This document shows positions 45,131 through 58,400 of a stretch of DNA of 64,000 nucleotides, in pieces (position 1 is the stretch's first letter; each line of letters begins with the position of its first letter). The position numbers and the translations under genes were made by a program. The stretch lies in the NCBI RefSeq assembly GCF_009914755.1, contig NC_060933.1; one strand, 5' to 3'. The notes beneath the pieces were generated by a model. The model saw only the letters and a list, made by a program, of their open reading frames with translations, searched no databases and was not told the DNA's origin. Source of the stretch: the human T2T-CHM13v2.0 reference genome, Homo sapiens.

Positions 45131-48100
45131 GGAATGGAAACATCCGGAATGGAATGGAATGCAATGGAATGGAATGGAATGGAATCAACCCGAGTGCAAT
45201 GGAATGGAGAGGAATGGAATGGAATGGAACGAAAAATATCCGAATGGAATGGAATGTAATGGAGTGTAGGGGAATTGAATAGAATCAATCCGAATGTAAT
45301 GGAATGGAACGGAATGGAATGGAATGCAATGGAATGCAATCAACCCGAGTGCAATCGAATGGATTCGAATGGAATGGAATGCAATGGAATGGATTCAACT
45401 TGAATGGAATGGAAAGAATGGAATCAACACGAGTGGAATGGCATGGAATGGAATGGAATGGAATGGAATCAACCCGAGTACAGGGGAATGGAATGGAATG
45501 GAATGCAATGGAATGGAATCATCCGTAATGTAATGGAAAGGAATGGAATGGAATGGAATGGAATGGAATGGAATCAACTCGATTGCAATCGAATGGAATG
45601 GAATGGAATTAACCCGAATAGAATGGAATGGAATGGAATGGAACGGAACGGAATGGAATGGAATGGAATGGAATGCAATGGAATGGAATGGAACGGAACG
45701 GAATGGAATGGAATGGAATGGAATGGAATGGAATTGAAAGGAATAAACGCGAGTGCAGGGGAATGGAATGGAATGGAATGCAATGGAATGGAATCTTCCG
45801 GAATGGAATGGAATGGAATGGAATGGAATGGAATGCAATGGATTCAACTCGATTGCAATGGAATGGAATAGAATGGAATGGAATGGAATGGAATGGAATT
45901 AACCTGAATAGAATGGAATGGAATGGAATGGAACGGAACGGAACGGAACGGAATGGAATGGAATGGAATGGAATGGAATTGTATGGAATGGAATCGAACG
46001 GTACGGAATAGAATGGAATGGAAAGAATTGGAATGGAATGGAATCGAATGGAATGGAATGGAATGGAATGGAATCAACCCGAGTGCAGGGGAATGTAATG
46101 AAACGGAATGCAATGGAATGGAATCATCCGGAATGGAATGTAATGTAATGGAATGGAATGGAATGGAATCAACACGAGTGCAATGGAATGGAGTGGAATG
46201 GAATGGAATGGAATGGAACAACCCGAATGGAATGGAATGTAATGGAGAGTAAGGGAGTTGAATAGAATCAATCTTAATGTAATGGAATGGAACGGAATGG
46301 AATGGAATGGAATGCAATGGAATGGAATCAACCCGAGTACAATGGAATGGAATGGAATGGAATGGAGAGGAATGGAATGGAATGGAATGGAAACTACCCG
46401 AATGGAATGGAATGTAATGGAGTGTAAGGGAATTGAATAGAATCAATCCGAATGGAATGGAATGGAATGGAACGGAATGTAATGTAATGGAATGGAATGG
46501 AATCAACCCGAGTGCAGGGGAATGGAATGGAATGGAATGCAATGGAATGGAATCATCCGGAATGGAATGTAATGGAATGCAATGGAATGGAATGGAATGG
46601 AATCAACCCGAGTGCAATGGAATGGAGTGAAATGGAATGGAATGGAATGGAAACAACCAGAATGGATTGGAATATAATGGAGTGTAAGGGAATTGAATAG
46701 AATCAATCTGAATGTAATGAAATGGAATGGAACGGAATGGAATGGAATGGAATGGAATGGAATGGAATGGAATGGAATGCAATGGAATGGAATCAACCCG
46801 AGTGCAATCGAATGGAATCGAATGGAATGGAATGCAATGGAACGGATTCAACTTGAATGGAATGGAAAGAATGGAATCAACACGAGTGGAATGGCATGGA
46901 TTGGAATGCAATGGAATGGAATCAACCCGAGTACAAGGGAATGGAATGGAATGGAATGCAATGGAATTGAATCATCCGTAATGGAATGGAATGGAATGGA
47001 ATGGAATGGAATGGAATGGAATGGAATCAACTCGATTGCAATCGAATGGAATGGAATGGAATTAACCCGATTAGAATGGAATGGAAAGGAATGGAACAGA
47101 ACGGAATGGAATGGAATGGAAAGGAAAGGAATGGAATGGAATGGAATGGAATGGAATTGAATGGAATGGAATCAACGCGAGTGCAGGGGAATGGAATGGA
47201 ATGGAATGCAATGGAATGGAATCTTCCGGAATGGAATGCAATGGAATGGAATGGAATGCAATGGATTCAACTCGATTGCAATGGAATGGAATAGAATGGA
47301 ATAAAATGGAATGGAAAGGAATGGAATGGAACGGAATGGAATGGAATGGAATGGAATGGAATAGAATGGAATTGAATGGAATGGAACGGAACGGAACGGA
47401 ACGGAACGGAACGGAATGGAATGGAATGGAATGGAATGGAATTGTATGGAATAGAAAGGAATGGTACGGAATTGAATGGAATGGAAAGAATTGGAATGGA
47501 ATGGAATGGAATGGAATGAAATCAACCCGAGTGCAGAGGAATGTAATGGATCGGAATGCAATGGAATGGAATCATCCGGAATTGAATGGAATGGAATGGA
47601 ATGGAATGGAATGGAATGGAATGGAATCAACCCCAGTGCAATGGAATGGAGTGGAATGGAATGGAATGGAATGGAACAACACGAATGGAATGGAATGTAA
47701 TGGAGAGTAAGGGAGTTGAATAGAATCAACCCGAATGTAATGGAATGGAAGGGAACGTAATGGAATGGAATGGAGTGCAATGGAATGGAATCAACCCGAG
47801 TACAATGGAATAGAATGGAATGGAATGGAATGGAATGGAATGGAATGGAATGGAATGGAATCAACCCGAGTACAATGGAATGGAGAGGAATGGAATGGAA
47901 TGGAATGGAAACTATCCGAATGGGATGGAATGTAATGAAGTGTAAGGGAATTGAATAGAATCAATCCGAATGTAATGGAATGCAATGGAACGGAATGCAA
48001 TGTAATGGAATGGAATGGAATGGAATGGAATGCAATGGAATGGAATCAACCCGAGTGCAATCGAATGGAATCGAATTGAATGGAATGCAATGGAATGGAT

Positions 48101-50349
48101 TCAACTTGAATGGAATGGAAAGAATGGAATCAACACGAGTGGAATGGCATGGAATGGAATGGAATGGAATGGAATCAACCCGAGTACAGGGGAATGGAAT
48201 GGAATGGAATGCAATGGAATGGAATCATCCGTAATGTAATGGAAAGGAATGGAATGGAATGGAATGGAATGGAATGGAATGGAATCAACTCGATTGCAAT
48301 CGAATGGAATGGAATGGAATTAACCCGAATAAAATGGAATGGAATGGAACGGAACGGAACGGAACGGAATGGAATGGCATGGAATGGAACGGAACGGAAC
48401 GGAATGGAATGGAATGGAATGGAATGGAATGGAATGGAATCAACGCGAGTGCAGGGGAATGGAATGGAATGGATTGCAATTGAATGGAATCTTCCGGAAT
48501 GGAATGGAATGGAATGGAATGGAATGGAATGGAATGCAATGGATTCAACTCGATTGCAATGGAATGGAATAGAATGGAATGGAATGGAATGGAATGGAAT
48601 GGAATTAACCCGAATAGAATGGAATGGAATGGAACGGAATGGAACGGAACGGAATGGAATGGAATGGAATACAATGGAATGGAATGGAATGGAATGGAAT
48701 GTTATGGAATGGAATGGAATGGAATGGAATCAACGCGAGTGCAGGGGAATGTAATGGAACGGAATGCAATGGAATGGAATCATCCGGAATGGAATGGAAT
48801 GGAATGGAATCAACCCGAGTGCAATAGAATGGAGTGGAATGGAATGGAATGGAATGGAACAAACCGAATGGAATGGAATGTAATGGAGAGTAAGGGAGTT
48901 GAATAGAATCAATCCGAATGTAATGGAATGGAATGGAACGGAATGGAATGGAATGGAATGGAATGGAATGTGAAGGAATGGAATCAACCCGAGTACAATG
49001 GAATGGAATGGCAAGGAATGGAATGGAATGGAATGGAATGGAATGGAATGGAACTGAATGGATTGGAATTGAATGGAATGGAATGGCTTCAAACCGAATG
49101 GAAGGGAAAGGAATGGAATCAACACGATTGGAATGGAGTGGAATGGAATGGAATAGAATGGAATGGAATGGTACAGAATAGAATGGATTTCAACGAAATG
49201 GAATGGAATAGAATGGAATGGAATGGAATGGAATGGAATGGAATGGAATGGAATCGTTCCGAGTGGAATAGGAGGGAATGTATTCGAGGAATCAACCAGA
49301 GTGGAATGGAAGGGAATGGAATGGAATGGAAACTAATAGAATGGAATCAACCCGAGTGGAATGGAATGGAAAGGACTGGAATGGAATGGAATGGAATGGA
49401 ATGGAATGGAATCAACTCGATTGTAATGGAATGGAATGGAATTGAATGGAATGGAATGGAATTAACCCGAATACAATGGAATGGAATGGAATGGAACGGA
49501 ATGGAGTGGAATGGAATGGAATCTACCCGAGTGCAGGGGAATGGAATGGAATGGAATGCAATGGAATGGAATCATCCGGAATGGAATGGAATGGAATGGA
49601 ATGCAAAGCAATGGAATCAACTCGATTGCAATGGAATGGAATGGAATGGAAAGGAATACATTGGAATCAACCCGAGTGGAATGGAATGGAAAGGACTGGA
49701 ATGGAGTGGAATGGAATGGAATGGAATGGAATGGAAACAACTCGATTGGAATGGAATGGAATGGAATGGAATGGAATTAACCCGAATAGAATGGAATTGA
49801 ATGGAATGGAAAGGAACGGAATGGAATGGAATGGAATGGAATGGAATGGAATGGAATCAACCCGACTGCAGGGGAATGGAATGGAATGGAATGCAATGGA
49901 ATGGATTCAACTTCAATGGAATGGAAAGAATGGAATCAACACGAGTGGAATGGCATGGATTGGAATGGAATGGAATGGAATTAACCCGAGTACAAGGGAA
50001 TGGAATGGAATGGAATGCAATGGAATGGAATCATCCGTAATGGAATGGAAAGGAATGGAATGGAATGGAATGGAATGGAATAGAATGGAATGGAATCAAC
50101 TCGATTGCAATCGAATGGAATGGAATGGAATTAACCCGAATAAAATGGAATGGAATCGAATGGAACGGAACGGAACGGAATGGAATGGATTGGAATGGAA
50201 TGGAATGGAATGGAACGGAATGGAATGGAATGGAATGGAATGGAATGGAATGGAATCAACGCGAGTGCAGGGGAATGGAATGGAATGGAATGCAATGGAA
50301 TGGAATCTTCCGGAATGGAATGGAATGGAATGGAATGGAATGGAATGGA

Positions 50350-52620
50350 ATAAACCCGAGTACAATGGAATGGAGTGGAATGGAATGGAATGGAATGGAA
50401 CAACCCGAATGGAATGGAATGTAATGGAGAGTAAGGGAGTTGAATAGAATCAATCCGAATGTAATGGAATGGAATGGAACGGAATGGAATTGAATGGAAT
50501 GGAATGGAATGCAATGGAATGGAATCAACCCGAGAGCAATGGAATGGAGAGGAATGGAATGGAATGGAATGGAAACTACCCGAATGGAATGGAATGTAAT
50601 GGAGGGTAAGGGAATTGAATAGAATCAATCTGAATCTAACGGAATGGAATGGAACGGAATGGAATGGAATGGAATGGAATGGAATGGAATGGAATGCAAT
50701 GGAATGGAATGAACCCGAGTGCAATCGAATGGAATCGAATGGAATGGAATGCAATGGAATGGATTCAACTTGAATGGAATGGAAAGAATGGAATCAACAC
50801 GAGTGGAATGGCATGGATTGGAATGGAATGGAATGGAATCAACCCGAGTACAGGGGAATGGAATGGAATGGAATGCAATGGAATGGAATCACCCGTAATG
50901 GAATGGAAAGGAATGGAATGGAATGGAATGGAATGGAATGGAATGGAATGGAATCCACTCGATTGCAATCGAATGGAATGGAATGGAATTAACCCGAATA
51001 GAATGGAATGGAATGGAATGGAACGGAACGGAATGGAATGGAATGGAATGGAAAGGAATGGAACGGAACGGAACGGAATGGATGGAATGGAATGGAATGG
51101 AATGGAATGGAATCAAAGCGAGTGCAAGGGAATGGAATGGAATGGAATGCAATGGAATGGAATCTTCCGGAATGGAATGGAATGGAATGGAATGGAATGA
51201 AATGCAATGGATTCAACTCGATTGCAATGGAATGGAATAGAATGGAATGGAATGGAATGGAACGGAATGGAACGGAATGGAATGGAATGGAATGGAATGG
51301 AATGGTATGGAATGGAATGGAATGGTACGGAATAGAATGGAATGGAACGAATTGTAATGGAATGGAATTGAATGGAATGGAATGGAATGGAATGGAATCA
51401 ACGCGAGTGCAGGGGAATGTAATGGAACGGAATGCAATGGAATGGAATCATCCGGAATGGAATGGAATGGAATGGAATGGAATGGAATGGAATCAACCCG
51501 AGTGCAATGGAATGGAGTGGAATGGAATGGAATGTAATGGAACAACCCGAATGGAATGGAATGTAATGGAGAGTAAAGGAGTTGAATAGAATCAATCCGA
51601 ATGTAATGGAATGGAATGGAACGGAATGGAATTGAATGGAATGGAATGGAATGCAATGGAATGGAATCAACCCGAGTGCAATGGAATGGAGAGGAATGGA
51701 ATGGAATGGAATGGAAACTACCCGAATGGAATGGAATGTAATGGAGTGTAAGGGAATTGAATAGAATCAATCCGAATGTAATGGAATGGAATGGAATGGA
51801 ATGGAATGGAATGGAATGCAATGCAATGGAATGGAATCAACCCGAGTGCAATCGAATGGAATCGAATGGAATGGAATGCAATGGAATGGATTCAACTTGA
51901 ATGGAATGGAAAGAATGGAATCAACACGAGTGGAATGGCATGGATTGGAATGGAATGGAATGGAATCAACCCGAGTACAGGGGAATGGTATGGAATGGAA
52001 TGCAATTGAATGGAATCATCCGTAATGGAACGGAAAGGAATGGAATGGAATGGAATGGAATGGAATGGAATGGAATCAACTCGATTGCAATCGAATGGAA
52101 TGGAATGGAATTAAGCCGAATAGAATGGAATTGAATGGAATGGAACGGAACGGAACGGAACGGAATGGATGGAATGGAATGGAATGGAATGGAATGGAAT
52201 CAACGCGAGTGTAGGGGAATGGAGTGGAATGGAATGCAATGGAATGGAATCTTCCGGAATGGAATGGAATAGAATGAAATGCAATGGATTCAACTCGATT
52301 GCAATAGAATGGAATAGAATGGAATGGAATTGAATGGAATGGAATTAATCCGAATAGAATGGAGTGCAATGGAATGGAACGGAATGGAACGGAATGGAAT
52401 GGAATGGAATGGAATGGAATGGAATGGAATGGTATGGAATGGAATGGAATGGTACGGAATAGAATGGAATGGAACGAATTGTAATGTAATGGAATTGAAT
52501 GGAATGGAATGGAATGGAATGGAATCAACGCGAGTGCCGGGGAATGTAATGGAACGGAATGCAAGGGAATGGAATCATCCGGAATGGAATGGAATGGAAT
52601 GGAATGGAATGGAATGGAAT
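50350..52620 (+). repeat. ~1.13-kb diverged tandem duplication
   Basis: Same module order at offset ~1.09-1.14 kb (ORFs 50774/51901). Both copies carry a 1-bp deletion, GGAATGGATGGAAT (~51075 and ~52162), that I did not see elsewhere. Confidence 0.8.
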
Positions 52621-54529
52621 GGAATGGAATCAACCCGAGTGCAATGGAATGGAGTGGAATGGAATGGAATGCAATGGAACAACCCGAATGGAATGGAATG
52701 TAATGGAGGGTAAGGGAGTTGAATAGAATCAATCCGAATGTAATGGAATGGAATGCAACGGAATGGAATGGAATGGAATGGAATGCAATGCAATGGAATT
52801 GAATCAACCCGAATACAATGGAATGGAATGGAATGGAATGGAATGGAATGGAATGGAATGGAAAGGAATGATACGGAATAGAATGGAATGGAACGAAATG
52901 GAATGGAATGGAATGGAATGGAATGGAATGGAATGGAATGGAATCGTTCCGAGTGGAATAGGAGAGAATGTATTCGAGTGGAATGGAAAGGAATGGTATC
53001 AACCAGAGTGGAATGGAAGGGAATGGAATGGAGTGGAAACTAACAGAATGGAATCAACCCGAGTGGAATGGAATGGAAAGGACTGGAATGGAATGGAATG
53101 GAATGGAATCAACTCGATTGTAATGGAATGGAATGGAATGGAATGGAATGGAATGGAATCAACCCGACTGCAGGGGAATGGAATGGAATGGAATGCAATG
53201 GAATGGAATCTTCCGGAATGGAATGGAATGGAATGGAATGGAATGGAATGGAATGGAATGGAATCAACCCGAGTGCAATGGAATGGAGTTGAATGGAATG
53301 GAATGGAATGGAACAACCCGAATGGAATGGAATGTAATGGAGAGTAAGGGAGTTGAACAGAATCAATCCGAATGTAATGGAATGGAATGGAACGGAATGG
53401 AATTGAATGTAATGGAATGGAATGCAATGGAATGGAATCAACCCGAGTGCAATGGAATGGAGAGGAATGGAATGGAATGGAATGGAAACTACCCGAATGG
53501 AATGGAATGTAATGGAGTGTAAGGGAATTGAATACAATCAATCCGAATGTACTGGAATGGAATGGAACGGAATGGAATGGAATGGAATGGAATGGAATGC
53601 AATGCAATGGAATGGAATCAACCCGAGTGCAATCGAATGGAATCGAATGGAATGGAATGCAATGGAATGGATTCAACTTGAATGGAATGGAAAGAATGGA
53701 ATCAACACGAGTGGAATGGCATGGATTGGAATGGAATGGAATGGAATCAACCCGAGTACAGGGGAATGGTATGGAATGGAATGCAATGGAATGGAATCAT
53801 CCGTAATGGAATGGAAAGGAATGGAATGGAATGGAATGGAATGGAATCAACCCGAGTGCAGGGGAATGTAATGGAACGGAATGCAATGGAATGGAGTCAT
53901 CCGGAATGGAATGGAAGGGAATGGAATGGAATCAACCCGAGTGCAATGGAATGGAGTGGAATGGAATGGAATGGAATGGAACAACCCGAATGGAATCGAA
54001 TGTAATGGAGAGTAAGGGAGTTGAAAAGAATCAATCCGAATGTAATGGAATGGAATGGAACGGAATGGAATGGAATGGAATGGAATGGAATGGAATGCAA
54101 TGGAGTGGAATCATCCCGAATACAATGGAATGGAATGGAATGGAATGGAATGGAATGGAATGGAATGGAATGAAATGGAATGGAATGGAATGGAATGGAA
54201 TTGAATGGAATGGAATGGCTTCAAACCGAATGGAATGGAAAGGAATGGAATCAACACGAGTGGAATGGAATGGAATGGAATGGAATGGTACGGAATAGAA
54301 TGGAATGGAACGAAATGGAATGGTATGGAATGGAATGGAATGGAATGGAATGGAATGGAATGGAATGGAATGGAATCGTTCCGAGTGGAATAGGAGGGAA
54401 TGTATTCGAGTGGAATGGAAAGGAATGGAATCAACCAGAGTGGAATGGAAGGGAATGGAATGAAATGGAAACTAATAGAATGGAATCAACCCGAGTGGAA
54501 AGGGATGGAAAGGAATGGAATGGAGTGGA

Positions 54530-57500
54530 ATGGAATGGAATGGAAAGGAATGGAATCAACTCGATTGTAATGGAATGGAATGGAATGGAATGGAATGGAA
54601 TGGAATGGAATTAACCCGAATACAATGGAATGGAATGGAATGGAACGGAATGGAGTGGAATGGAATGGAATCAACCCGAGTTTAGGGGAATGGAATGGAA
54701 TGGAATGCAATGGAATGGAATCATCCGGAATGGAATGGTATGGAATGGAATGCAATGCAATGGAATCAACTCGATTGCAATGGAATGGAATGGAAAGGAA
54801 TAGAATGGAATCAACCCGAGTGGAATGGAATGGAAAGGACTGGAATGGAGTGGAATGGAATGGAATGGAATGGAATTAACTCGATTGGAATGGAATGGAA
54901 TGGAATGGAATGGAATTAACCCGAATAGAATGGAATGGAATGGAATGGAACGGAATGGAATGGAATGGAATGGAATGGAATGGAATGGAATGCAATGGAA
55001 TGGAATCAGCCCGACTGTAGGGGAATGGAATGGAATGGAATGCAATGGAATGGAATCATCCGGAACGGAATGGAATGGAATGGAATGGAATCAACTCGAT
55101 TGCAATGGAATGGAATGGAATGGAATGGAATCGAATGGAATGGAATGGAATTAAACCGAATAGAATGGAATGGAATGGAATGGAAAGGAATGGAAGGGAA
55201 TGGAATGGAATGTAATCAACCCGAGTGCAGGGGAATGTAATAGAATGGAGTACAGTGGAATGGAATCATCCGGAATGGAATGGAATGAAATGGAATGCAA
55301 TCAAGCTGATGCAATGGAATGGAGTGGAATGGAATGGAATGGAATGGAAACATCCCGAATGGAATGGAATGTAATGCAGTGTAAGGGAATTGAATAGAAT
55401 CAATCCGAATGTAATGGAATGGAATGGAATGAAATGGAATGGAATGGAATGGAAGGGAATCAACCAGAGTGCAATGGAATGGATTCGAATGGAATGGAAT
55501 GGAATGGAATGGATTCAACAAGAATGGAATGGAAAGGAATGGAATCAACCCGAGTGTAATGGCATGGAATGGAACGGAATGGAATGGGATGGAATGGAAT
55601 GGTACGCATTAGAATGGAATGGAATGAAATGGAATGGAATGGAATGGAATGCAATGGAATGGAATGGAATGGAATGAACCCGTGTGCAATGGAATGGAAT
55701 GGAATGGAATGGAATGGAATGGATTCAACTCGAATGGAAACAACGCGATTGAAATGGAATGGAATGGAATGGAAAGGAATAGAATGGAATCAACCCGAGT
55801 GGAATGGAATGGAAAGGACTGGAATGGAGTGGAATGCAATGGAATGGAATTAACCCGAATAGAATGGAATGGAACGGAATGGAACGGAATGTAATGGAAT
55901 GGAATGGAATGGAATAAATCCGAGTGCAGGGGAATGGAATGGAATGGAATGCAATGGAATGGAATCATCCGGAATGGAATGGAATGGAATGGAATGGAAT
56001 GGAATGGAATGGAATGGAATCAACTGGATTTCAATGGAATGGAATGGAATAGAATGGAATGGAATTAACACGAATAGAATGGAATGGAATGGAATGAAAT
56101 GGAACAGAAAGGAATGGAATGGAATGGAATGGAATCAACCCAAGTTCAGGGGAATGGAATGGAATGGAATTCTATGGAATGGAATCATTAGAATGGAATG
56201 GAATGGAATGGAATGGAATGGAATGGAATGGAATGGAATGGAATCAACCCGAGTGCAATGGAATGGAGAGGAATGGATTGGAATGGAATGGAAACTACCC
56301 GATTGGAATGGAATGTAATGGAGTGTAAGGGAATTGAATAGAATGAATCCGAATGGAATGGAATGGAATGGAACGGAATGGAACGGAATGCAATGGAATG
56401 GAATGGAATGGAATGGAATGGAATGGAATGGAATGGTATGGAATAGTATGGAATGGAATGGAATGGTACGGAATAGAATGGAAAGGAAAGAATTGGAATG
56501 GAATGGAATCGAATGGAATGGAATGGAATGGAATGGAATCAACCCGAGTGCAGGGGAATGTAATGGAACGGAATACAATGGAATGGAATCATCCGGAATG
56601 GAATGGAAAGGAATGGAATGGAATGGAATGCAATGGAATGGAATGGAATGGAATCAACTCGATTGCAATCGAATGGAATGGAATGGAATTAACCCGAATA
56701 GAATGGAATGGAATGGAATGGAACGGAACGGAATTGAATGGAATGGAATGGAATGGAACGGAAAGGAATGGAATGGAATGGAATGGAAAGGAATGGAATG
56801 GAATCAACGCGAGTGCAAGGGAATGGAATGGAATCGAATAGAATGGAATGGAATGGAATTAACCCGAATAGAATGGAATGGAATGGAACGGAACGGAATT
56901 GAATGGAATGGAATGGAATGGAACGGAAAGGAAAGGAATGGAATGGAATGGAATGGAATGGAATGGAATGGAATCAACTCGATTGCAATCGAATGGAATG
57001 GAATGGAATTAACCCGAATAGAATGGAATGGAATGGAATGGAATGGAACGGAACGGAATGGAATGGAATGGAATGGAATGGAATGGAATGCAATGGAATG
57101 GAATCATCAGTAATGGAATGGAAAGGAATGGAATGGAATGGAATTGAATGGAATGAAATCGATTGCAATCGAATGCAATGGAATGGAATTAACCCGAATA
57201 GAGTGGAATGGAATGGAATGGAATAGAACGAAACGGAATGGAATGGAATGGAATGGAATGGAAAGGAACGGAACGGAAAGGAACGGAACGGAATGGAATG
57301 GAATGGAATGGAATGGAATGCAATGGAATCAACACGAGTGCAGGGGAATGGAATGGAATGGAATGCAATGGAATGGAATCTTCCGGAATGGAATGGAATG
57401 GAATGGAATGGAATGGAATTGAATGCAGTGGATTCAACTCGATTGCAATGGAATGGAATAGAATGGAATGGAATGGAATGGAATGGAATGGAGTTAACAC

Positions 57501-58400
57501 TAATAGAATGGAATGGAATGGAATGGAACGGAACGGAATGGAATGGAATGGAATGGAATGGAATGGAATGGTATGGAATGGAATGGAATGGTACGGAATA
57601 GAATGGAATGGAACGAATTGGGATGGAATGGAATCGAATGGAATGGAATGGAATGGAATGGAATCAACGCGAGTGCAGGGGAATGTAATAGAACGGAATG
57701 CAATGGAATGGAATCATCCGGAATGGAATGGAATGGAATGGAATGGAATGGAATCAACCCGAGTGCAATGGAATGGAGTGGAATGGAATGGAATGGAATG
57801 GAACAACCCGAATGGAATGGAAAGTAATGGAGAGTAAGGGAGTTGAATAGAATCAATCCGAATGGAATGGAATGGAATGGAACGGAATGGAATGGAATGG
57901 AATGGAATGGAATGCAATGGAATGGAATCAACCCGAGTATAATGGAATGGAATGGAATGGAATGGAATGGAATGGAATTGAATGGAATGGAATGGCTTCA
58001 AACCGAATGGAATGGAAAGGAATGGAATCAAGACGAGTGGAATGGAATGGAATGGAATGGAATGGAATGGAATGGAATGGTACGGAATAGAATGGAATGG
58101 AACGAAATGGAATGGAATGGAATGGAATGGAATCGTTCCGAGTGGAATAGGAGGGAATGTAATCGAGTGGAATGGAAAGGAATGGAATCAACCAGAGTGG
58201 AATGGAAAGGAATGGAATGGAATGGAATGGAATGGAATGGAATGGAATGGAATCGTTCCGAGTGGAATAGGAGGGAATGTATTCGAGTGGAATGGAAAGG
58301 AGTGGAATCAACCAGAGTGGAATGGAAGGGAATGGAATGGAATGGAAACTAATAGAATGGAATCAACCCGAGTGGAATGGAATGGAAAGGACTGAAATGG
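54530..58400 (+). repeat. ~3.87-kb near-identical tandem duplication, copy 1
   Basis: Private variants recur at offsets of 3867-3892: CCCGAGTTTAGGGG (~54675/58547), CAGCCCGACTGTAG, CAAGCTGATG, GGTACGCATTAG, GAATTCTATG (56167/60039), GAGTTAACACTAAT. ORFs 54580/58452 and 57138/61015 are identical. Confidence 0.95.
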
